A DNA stretch of 64,000 nucleotides, taken from NCBI RefSeq assembly GCF_009914755.1, contig NC_060928.1; one strand, given 5' to 3'. Under the pieces are notes generated by a model. The model searched no databases. It was not told the DNA's origin and was given only the letters and a program-made list of their open reading frames with translations. This document shows, one piece after another, positions 53,348 to 64,000 of this stretch (within the stretch, counting starts at the first letter, position 1; every line of letters begins with the position of its first letter). Source of the DNA: the human T2T-CHM13v2.0 reference genome, Homo sapiens. The translations under genes and the position numbers were made by a program.

Positions 53348-53987
53348 TGTTATGGTTAGAATGTGTTCCCCAAAACTCACAAGTTGGAAACCTATTTCAC
53401 AATGCAACAGTGCTGGAAGGTGGGGTCTAATGGGAGGTGGCTCAGCCCTCATGAATGAATTAATGCTTCTATAAAAAGGCTTACGGAAGTGAGTTCCTTC
53501 TTTTCTGCTCCTCTGCCATGTGTAGACACAGTAAGAAGGCCATAAGGAGAGGCTGGCACCTTGATCTTTTGCAGCGTCCTAAACTGTGAGAAATAAATTT
53601 CTGTTCTTTATAAATCACCCAATCTGTGATTTTTGTTTTTGTTTTGTTTTGTTTTAAGAGACAGAGTCTCCCTCTGTCACTCAGGCTGGAATGCAGAGGA
53701 GTGATCACTGCTCTCTGCAACCTATAGCTCCTGTGCTCAAGTGATCCTGCCACCTCAGCCTCTGCGGTAGCTGGGACTACAGGTGAGCGCCTCCACACCC
53801 AGCTAATATATTTAATTTTTATAGAGATGGAATCTTGCCTTGTTGCCCAGGCTGGTCTCAGGCTCCTGTCTTCAAGTGATCCTCCTGCCTTGGCCTTTCA
53901 AAGTGCTGGTATTACAGGCATGAGCCACCTTGCCTCCTGGCCCAGTCTGTCATACTCTGTTATAACAGCACAAAATAGATGAAAACA
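53348..53987 (+). mobile_element. MST (MSTD-like) solo LTR
   Basis: tgttatggttagaatg start; aactgtgagaaataaatttctgttctttataaa; ends ..aaatagatgaaaaca. Confidence 0.82.
53630..53942 (-). mobile_element. AluJ nested in the MST LTR
   Basis: ctcctgtgctcaagtgatcc diagnostics; TSD ca(a/g)tctgt(g/c)at. Confidence 0.9.
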
Positions 53988-54877
53988 AAACTGCAGTTCT
54001 CTAAAGGCTTGGCATTAGTAGCTATACAGAATCATTTCTACCACATTTTGTGGGTCAGAGCCAGTCACAGAGCCAGTCCTTATTCAATGGAAAAAGAAAT
54101 ATACCACACCTCTGGAATGGAAGGTTGGCAAAGAGATTAGGGCCATTTATATTTCACCATATCTTTAAAAAGTGTGTTATGGTTTCTCATTTATAGAAAT
54201 ATTACTATATGCTTACAATTCCACAGAATTTTACATTTCCTATTATAGTTAATATGTTTTTATGGATAAGTTAATGGAAAATATTTAATTATATTCTTTA
54301 TATAATGAATGGCATCTTTCATTATGTTTTCTAATGTTTATTGCCAGAATCAAGACTACTACTGCTTGTTTATTCCCCTTGAAACCAACAGCCTTCTCAA
54401 TTATAATCCTTTTTAATTGGAATTTTAGGTTTTCTAAATATGCAATTACATCATTTGCAAATAATAATTGACTTTTTCTGCCCTTGTTTCTTACTGATTT
54501 TATTAGCCCTATTATGGTTAGTTAATTTCAAAATAAACAAATTACTTGAAGTCATGAATTACTTCATTTCATGCAGCACTAAGTTTTGTTGGGAAGCATT
54601 TATGTCGCTATACACAGCTGTATATATTCTGCTCATACAACATCCTTTTTGGTATTTTGTAAGTGAAGACTATGGAAAGAGGGAGGTACTATTTTGAGAA
54701 GGAAAAAGAAACGTTTGCTTAAGAAAGCCCTCTTCACTTTCCTGGGATAGAAGGACAGATTATTCTTTTTCCATGTTTAATAAACTCTATATAGAACAAA
54801 CTCTATAAGAGAAAGCATTTTTTTCTTTATAAGGAGATGACTTTAGCTCAGTTCTATAGAAAGGGCTTTTAGTTTCT

Positions 54878-55180
54878 ATTGCTGCATAATCCAGGACAGT
54901 AGGCAATAGTCACATGTGATCATTGAGCACTTGAAATGTGGTTGGTTTGAATTGTGATGTGCTGTGAGCATATAATAAATACTTAACTTTATAGACAATA
55001 TAAAAATCTTATTTAAATTATTATACTAATCATATACTAAGTAATTTTTGATATGTGGGATTCATTAAAATGCATTTTAAATTTAATCTCATACATTCTG
55101 TTTTGCCTTTTTAATATGGCTATTAGAAAATCAAAAATTACACTTGCGGCTTGCAGTATAGTTTTATTTTACAGCACTAT
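54878..55180. mobile_element. MER3/MER33-like hAT-Charlie element
   Basis: tagtcacatgtgatcattgagcacttgaaatgtgg..atggctattagaaaa..ttacacttgcggctt. Confidence 0.72.
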
Positions 55181-56204
55181 TTTAGAGGACATTTTTTTAC
55201 TGAGATTAAATCCATATAACATACAATTTATGACCTTAACGTATACAACTTAGTGCATTCAGTATATTCACAATGCTGTGAAACCACCACCTTACTCTGG
55301 TTTCAAAAATTCTGTATAACTTTAGAAGAAGACTTTGTATCCATTAAGCAACTACTTAGTATTTTCCAATTCCCTCATCAACTGACAACTACTAATCAGC
55401 TTTATGTCACTATCGATTTACCTACTATGGATATTCCATATAAAAGAAATCATCCAATATATGACCTTTTCGTCTTTGTTGTTTCACTTATCATACTTTC
55501 GAGATTCATCCAAGTTGTAATATGTATTAGTATTTCATTTGTTTTCATGGCTGGATAATGTTCCACTCTGCGTATATACCACAATTCCTTTTTCCATTTA
55601 TTGATGGGTGGAAATTTGGGTTATATCCAGATTTTGGCTGGAACATACATAAACAAGTATTTACTTGAGTTCCTGTTTTTAATTCTGTGGAGTAGAAGCC
55701 GAATGCTGGGGCATATGGTGAATCTATGTTTAACAAGCTACCAAACTTCTTTCTACAGTGGCTGCAACATTTTACTCTACCAATAGCAGTAGGGTTCCAA
55801 TTTTCTACCTCCTTGTCTATACCTGTTATGTTTTCATCTTGTATTTAACATGTTGTTAGATAATATTTTATTTTATTTTTATTGAGGTAAAATATACATA
55901 TAAAATTGACCATCTTGTGAAGTTGTGCATTATTTTGGTTTTGAATTGAACTTTAATAGCAAATAATGCTCAGCATATTTTTATATGCTTGTTGACTATT
56001 TGCATGTCTTCTTTGGGTAAATTTCTATTTAACTATTCAAGTCACTTGCCCATGTTTTCATTGAATTGGTTGTCTTTCTGTTGTTGAGCTGCAAGAATTC
56101 TTTGTATATTCTAGACACAAAACTCTTATCAGACATATGATTTGTAAATATTTTTTCCCTTTCTGCAGGTTGTCTTAATAACATTGGATCATTAAAGGAT
56201 TTTT

Positions 56205-56608
56205 AGGTTTTTATAACTTTTATTTTAAGTTCAGGGGTACAAGTGCAGGTTTGTTACATAAGTAAAGTTGTGTCATGGGGGTTTGTTGTACAGATTATTT
56301 CATTGCCCTCATGTTTAACCTAGTACCCATTAGTCATTTTTCCGACCATCTCCCTCCTCTCACCCTCCACCCTATGAAAAGCCCCAGTGTGTGTTATTCC
56401 TTCTATGTTTCCATGTGTTCTAATTATTATCTCCCACTGATAAATGAGAACATGCAGTATTTGGTTTTCTGTTCCTGCATCAGTTTGCTAAGAATAGTGG
56501 CCTCTAGCTACATTCATGTCCCTGCAAAGCACATGATTTCATTCTTTTATATGGCTGCATAGTATTCCGTGGTGTTTATGTACCACATTTTCTTTACCCA
56601 GTCTATCA
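56205..56608 (-). mobile_element. L1PA13-16-like 3' end
   Basis: ttttaagttcaggggtacaagtgcagg..gtacccattag. Confidence 0.85.
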
Positions 56609-57896
56609 AATTCCAATTTATCTATTTTTTTCTTTTATCGCTCATGCTTTTTATGTAAAATCAAATAATACATTGTGAAATTTAAGGTCAGGAATATTTG
56701 CCCCTGTTTTTTTTTCTAAAAATTCTATAGATTTAACTTTATTATTCAGTTCATTCACTCATTTTGAGTCAAATTTTGAATAGGTAGGGTATTCAACTTC
56801 ATTCTTCCACATGTGCCTATCCAGTTGTCCCAGAAATATTTATTGAGACCATTATTTCTCTTATTGAATACTCTTGACTCACATGTTCAAAATCAATTGG
56901 CCATAGATATTTCAGTTCATTCTAGACTTTTAATTATATTGCATTGTTCTACATGCCTATCTTTCTACCTGTGCCACACTTGATTGTTATATTTTTGCAG
57001 TTTTGAAATTGAGGCATGTGAATCTTCCCAATTTGTTTTTCTTTTCAACATTATTTTGGTTATTGGTGGCATGTTGACATTCCATATGAATTTGAATAAT
57101 TTTCTAGAAAAAAGGACATTGAGATTTTGATAGGAATTCCATTTAATCTGCAGATTAGTTTGGGCACTATTGCCATCTTAACAATATTGAAGTCTTCCAA
57201 TTTATAAACAGTGGATGTCGTTTCCATTTACTTACATCTTTAATTTCTTTTGGCAGTGTTTTGTAGTTCTAAGCATACAAGTCTTTTAGCTCCTTGTATA
57301 AAATTATTTCCTAGATATTTTATTCTTTTAGATACTATCATGAATGGAATTCTCTTATTTCCTTTGAGGACTGCTCATTGGTGGTGTATAGAAGCACCAC
57401 TAATTTTTGTGTGTTGATCTTTTATCCTGCATCTATGCTGATTTTTTTTATTATCTCTAGCAGTGGTGTGTGTGAGTGTGCATTCTTTGGACTATATATA
57501 TGTACACATATATGTATATACACAATATGTATATTCAAAATAAATATATACATGTACCTACAAAAATACATATATATAATCAAATCACTAAAAATTAGAG
57601 AAATAGTTATTTCCTTTTGTACGTTTTTTTTTCTTGACTAACTGTTTTCATGTATGACTTGCAGTATAATGTTGACTAGCAGTGGTGAAAGTGGGCAAAA
57701 TTGTCTCTTTTCTGACATTAGGAGAAAAGCTTTCAATCTTTTACCATTGAGTATGATGTTAACTGTGGGATTTTCATAAATATTCTTTATCACATTAAGG
57801 AAGCTATCATTCATTTTTATTTTGCTGGGTATTTTTATCATAAAAGTGTGTTGAATTTTATCAAATGCTTTTTCCACGTCTACTGAGATATGGAGA

Positions 57897-57898
<2 letters not shown>

Positions 57899-57928
<30 letters not shown>
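57899..57928. repeat. (TG)n microsatellite
   Basis: Direct reading. Confidence 0.9.
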
Positions 57929-57930
<2 letters not shown>

Positions 57931-57990
57931 TCTCCCTTAATTCTACTAGTGTAATGTATGACATTGATTTATTCTTTTACTTGTATCGCC

Positions 57991-58690
<700 letters not shown>

Positions 58691-59147
58691 TTAACCACCT
58701 CTGGATTCCTGGAATAAATCCCACTTGTTCGTGGTGTACAAACATGCTGTTGAATTTGGTTAGCTACCATTTTCTTAAAGATTTCCGTGCGTACATTCAT
58801 AAGGAATATTAAATTGTAGTTGTCTGTTCTTTTGATATCTTTATCTGGCTTTTTTATCAGAATAATTCTAGTCTTACAGAAAATATTATGATGTGTTTCC
58901 TCTTATATTTTTGTAAGATTTTGAGTAGTTTTGGTGATAATATTTCTTTTAAGACTGGGGAGAATTTTTCTTTTAAAGTTTGGGAGAATCCAACAATGAA
59001 AGCATCTGGTGTTGGCATTTCTTTGTTGGTAGATTTATGATAACTGACTCAATATATTTTCTTGTAACAGATCTATTAGAATTTTGTTTCCTCTTGAGTC
59101 AGTTTTAGTAATTTGTGTGTTTCTAGAAATTTGTCCATTTCATCTAG

Positions 59148-59500
<353 letters not shown>

Positions 59501-60583
59501 TTCTTGTAATTCTTTTAATCTGTGTAAAGGTTTGGTGGTAATATCTCCATTTTTATTTATTTTAGTTATTTGCTTCTTTCTTTTCTTCTTAATCTAGATA
59601 AAAGTTTATCAAATTTATTAATCTTTACAAAGAACCAACTTTTAGGTTTATCTGTTCTCTCTATTGCTTTGCTGTTCTCTATTTCATTTATCTGTTGTCT
59701 AATCTTAACTATTCCCTTGCTTTTCTACTTGCTTAAGGTGTAAAGTTAAGTAATTGAGAATTTTCTTTTTAAATGTAGATATTTAGAACTATATAGAGAA
59801 AGAAATAATGTTTTCTGCCCCTTTATCTTTTCTTCTCTTTCTGCAATTCCTATAAATCTTACTTTAATATATCTGATGGTAGGTACCTTAGGCTTTGTTA
59901 TTTTCTGTTTCCCAGTGAATGTTGTATTTTTCTTCTGTCTGCTCAAATCTGCTATTAAAAGCACTTGTAAATTTTTCTTTTCAGGCACTGTATTTTGAAG
60001 TACAGAATTTCTGTTTTTTTTATAATTTCTGTTTGTTATTGATATTCTCTACTTATTCTTACATCATACCCTGCTTTTCATTATTTATATATCCATAGTT
60101 TTCTTAAGCTCTTTGAAAATATTTATTCATGGTTACCTTTAAAATAGTTAAGAATGTTAAAGTCTTCATCTAATAAATTCAACACCTAGGCTTTCTCAAA
60201 AATGATTTTTGTTATTTTTTTCCCCATGAATGGGCATTAATTTTATGTTTCTTTTATGTTTTACAATTTTTTAAACAACAGAACATCTTTAATTTTGCAA
60301 TGTGCTATCTCTGGAAATCAGATTTTTCTCTATTCCCAGGGATTGCTGGTGTTATTGTTAATGGGTGCAGTTGTTCATTTGCTTAGTGTTTGTTTTCTAA
60401 ATGCCTTTTTTTTTTTTTTTTTTTTGCAAAAAGATGTAGTATTCCCTGTCACATGTAATCACTGAAGTCTTTATTCAATTATCACTCCAGTCAACGGGTG
60501 AACCTGACAGAGATTTTCTTAAATGCATGGCTCCTATTAAAAAATAGAAAAAAAATGTGTTTTCTCCCTTTAAATTCTTTTTT

Positions 60584-60986
60584 TAAATTTAATCATCTGT
60601 TTTTATTTTTATTTTATTTTTCTTTTTCTGTATTTCCATAGGCTATCGGGGAATAGATGGTGTTTGGTTACATGAGTAAGTTCTTTAGTGGTAATCTGTG
60701 AGATTTTGGTGCAGCCATCACCCAAGCAGCATACACTACACCGTATTTGTTGTCTTTCATCCCACACTCCCTTCCCAGCCTTTCCCCCGAGTCCCCAAAG
60801 TCCATTGTGTCATTCTTATGCCTTTGCATCCTCATAGCTTAGCTCCCACTTATGAGTAAGAACATACGATGTTTGGTTTTCTATTCCTGAGTTACTTCAC
60901 TTAGAATAATAGTCTCCAATCTCATCCAGGTCGCTGTGAATGCCATTATTCATTCCTTTTAATGGCTGAGTAGTATTCCATGGTGT

Positions 60987-61034
<48 letters not shown>

Positions 61035-62589
61035 CACATATAGACATATATCATATATATATATATATCACAGTTTCTTTATCCACTTGTCGATTGATGG
61101 GCACTTGGGTTGGTTCCATGTTTTTGCAATTGCAAATTGTGCTGCTATAAACATGCATGTGCAAGTATCATTTTCGTGTAATGACTGCCAACATCCTTTG
61201 TTTTTTGATTTTTTATTATGGCCATTCTTGCAGGAGTTAGGTGGTATTGCATGGTAGTTTTGATTTATTTTCATTTCCCTGATCATTAGTGATGTTGAGC
61301 ATTTTTTCATATGTTTGTTGGCCATTTGCAGGTCTTCTTTTGAGAACTGTCTCTTCACGTTCTTAGCCCACTTTTCGATGGGATTTTTTTTCTTGTCGAT
61401 TTGTTTGAGTTCCTTATAGATTCTGAATATTAGTCCTTTGTTGGATGTATATATTGAGAAGATTTTTTCCCATCCTGTGGGTTGTCTGTTTACTCTGCTG
61501 ACTGTTCCTTTTGCCATGCAAAAACTCTTTGGTTTAATTAAGTCCCAGCAATTTATCTTTGTTTTATTGCATTTGCTTTTGGGTTCTTCGTCATGAAATA
61601 TTTGCCTGAGCCAATGTCTAGAAGGGTTTTTCCAATGTTATCTTGTAGAATTTTTATAGTTTCAGGTCTTAGGTTTAAGTCATTAATTCATCTTGAGTTG
61701 ATTTTTGTATAAGGTGAATGATGAGGATCCAGTTTCATTCTCCTACTTGTGGCCTGCCAATTAACTCAACACCATTTGTTGAATAGGGTGTCCTTTCCAG
61801 ACTTTATATTTTTGTTTGCTTTATTGAAGATCAATTGGCTGTAAGTATTTGGGTTTATTACTGGGTTCTCTATTCTGTTCCATTGGCCTTTATGACTATT
61901 TTTATAGCAGTAACCTGTTGTTTTGGTGACTATGGCCTTATAGTATAGTTTGAAATCAGGTAATGTGGTGTCTCCATATTTGTTCTTTTTGTTTAGTCTT
62001 GCTTTGTTTATGCAGGTGCTTTTTGGTTCCATATGAATTTTAGGATTGTTTTTCTGTGAAGAATAATGGGGTATTTTGATGGGAATTGCATTAATTTGTA
62101 GATTGCTATTGGCAGTATGGTCATTTTCACAATATTGATTCTACCTATCCATGTGCATGGAATGTGATTCCATTTGTTTGTGTCATCTATGATTTCTCTC
62201 AGCAGTGTTTTATAGTTTCCCTTGTAGAGGTCTTTCTCCTCCTTGGTTAGGTATATTCCTAAATACTTTATATTTTTTGCAGCTATTGTAAAAGGGGGTT
62301 GAGCTCTTGATTTGATTCTCAGCTTGGTTGCTGTTGGTGTATAGAAGCACTACTGATTTGTGTACATTAATTTTGTATCTTGAAACATTGCTGAATTCTT
62401 TTATTAATTGTAGGAGCTTTAAGGAGGAGTCTTTAGGGTTTTTAGGTAAACTATCCTCTCATCAGCAAACAACAACTGTTTGACTTTTTCTTTACCGATT
62501 AGGATGCCCTTTGTTTCTTTCTCTTGTCTGATTTTTCTGGCTAGGACTTCTAGTACTATGTTGAAGAGGAGTGGTGGGAGTGGATATCC
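60584..62589 (-). mobile_element. Second L1PB1-like copy, 5'-truncated, with a ~160-bp internal deletion at 61186/61187
   Basis: Same 3'UTR as the 49300 copy; TSD taaattcttt(t/c)tt (60571-60583, 62590-62602); (TG)n(TA)n at 60988-61068. Confidence 0.92.
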
Positions 62590-62999
62590 TAAATTCTTTC
62601 TTACAAATGCTGCCTAGGAAGCCATTAAGTCAGCCTCTGCAAGAGCAAACAAACAGCCCTGTCAACACACAACTCAGATCTCCATAGCACAAAGTGCTGT
62701 TGCCCACCTAGGCATCTGTGAGTCACACCAGGAATATGCAATGCCATCCTCAAGGTTGCCTGCCATGGGACTGAGGAATGGGGACGGGAAGTGCTATAGG
62801 AAATACCAAAATTCCTCAAAATTTACCAGACTTTTTTTGTCAAGCCCTGTCCTGATCACTACAATTGTTTAACTAGACTCTGGAGCTGTGAGATAGATGA
62901 TTCTGACAATTCTTGTCAGCTCAATATCTGTTTCAGGGGAAAAAATATTTCCTGGAGATTTGTACTTCACCATCTTCTGTGACATTTTAGTGGGCATTT

Positions 63000-63100
63000 A
63001 TTTTTCCAAGCTTATTTATTTATTTTTAAATTGACAAACACAATTGTATATATTATTGTGTGCAACATAAAGTTTTGAAGTATATATGCATTATGGAATA
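63000..63100 (-). mobile_element. L1MA 3' tip
   Basis: ttttaaattgacaaacacaattgtatatatt..ttttgaagtatatatgcattatggaat. Confidence 0.75.
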
Positions 63101-63380
63101 ACATATCAAAGAGATGTCTGCATTCCCATGTTTATTGTAGCACTAATCACAATAGGTAAGTTATAGAATCCACGTAAGTGCCGGCCAATGGACGAATTAA
63201 TAAAGAAATTGTGGTATCAATACAATGGAATACTATTCATCCATAAAAAGAATGAAATCCTGTCATTCGCTGTAATGTATATGAACTTAGAGGGCATTGT
63301 GTTAAGTAAAATAAGCCAGACTCAGAAAGACAAATACCACATGTTCTCACTCATATGTGGAAGTCAAAAAAGTTGATCTC

Positions 63381-63882
63381 TTCTGATGAAACAAATCTCT
63401 AGAGCCTATTTGGAGTTTCCTTGGTTGGAAGTTTATTATTGCCCCCCAACGCCTGCTGCCATAATTTATCAAGAATGAGGACACTGTCCATTCAGTTACA
63501 AAATATGGGAAGGTGTGTGTGTGTGTGTGTGTGTATGTGTGTGTGTGTGTTATGGAGTCACTGTGTTCTCCCAAAATTCATAGGTTGAAATCCTAACCCC
63601 CAATGTGATGGCATTAGGAGATGAGGCCTTTGGTAAGTGATTAGGTCATAAGGACAGAGCCCTCATGAATGAGATTAGTGCCCTTATAAAAGACACCCTG
63701 GAGAGCTCCCTCACCCCTTCTGCCTTCTGCCATGTGAGGACACAGCAAGAAGATGGCCATTTGTGAAACAAGTGGGCCCTCACCAGACACTGAATCTGCT
63801 GGCACCTCGATCTAGGACTTCTATCCTCCAGAAATGTGAGAAATAAATGTTTGTTGTTTAAGCCTAAAACAAACAAACAAAC
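63381..63882 (+). pseudogene. Retrotransposed RNA fragment: non-repeat sequence + (TG)n + MLT1A LTR cut at its poly(A) site + A-rich tail
   Basis: 14-bp TSD aaaaagttgatctc (63367-63380, 63883-63896); AATAAA at 63842-63847; (AAAC)n tail from 63866. Confidence 0.8.
63548..63865 (+). mobile_element. MLT1A(0)-like LTR lacking its U5 end
   Basis: tgttatgg..cccaaaattcataggttgaaatcctaacccc..gtgagaaataaatgtttgttgtttaagcc. Confidence 0.88.
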
Positions 63883-64000
63883 AAAAAGTTGATCTCACAG
63901 AAATTCAGAGCAGAATGGTGATTATTAGAGACTGAAGTGGCTGGCAGGTGGGTTGGGGAGATGTTAATTAAATGATGCAAAATTACAGTTAGATAGGAGG

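Larger units (their letters stand above)
53005..54160 (-). mobile_element. Old MLT1-type LTR hosting MST and AluJ
   Basis: actaccttaaaacttgtgactt; gggcttcctcacaaca; catttctaccacattttgtgggtca. Confidence 0.6.
63101..64000 (+). mobile_element. L1MA 3' region interrupted by a TSD-bounded insertion; runs off the window
   Basis: ORF2 tail 63188..63376 (KKNEILSFA..KDKYHMFSLICGS); resumes at 63897 with acagaaattcagagcagaatggtg. Confidence 0.85.

Overview
AT-rich primate (human-like) genomic DNA with no recognisable host protein-coding exon, RNA gene, CpG island or CRISPR array. The window is a layered record of transposable elements: L1 of many ages, about 11 Alus, a complete THE1 MaLR provirus, solo LTRs (LTR1-like, MST, MLT1, MER34-like), a near-complete Tigger3, MER DNA transposons and MIR/L2 relics, separated by unique stretches. 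All long ORFs in the track are L1 or MaLR remnants or antisense/Alu artefacts. The most notable structures come from reading target-site duplications (TSDs). (1) A TSD-bounded retrocopy of an RNA that ended at an MLT1A LTR poly(A) site and carries non-repeat sequence (63367-63896). (2) Three TSD-bounded, plus one or two probable, 5'-inverted (twin-primed) L1s, one showing the internal priming microhomology. (3) A TSD-bounded 5'UTR-to-3'end old L1 missing nearly all of ORF2. (4) Two same-orientation L1PB-type copies that appear to share variants. (5) A mosaic slippage repeat. Subfamily names come from my recall of consensus sequences and need RepeatMasker/Dfam confirmation. No new gene system is supported by the sequence.
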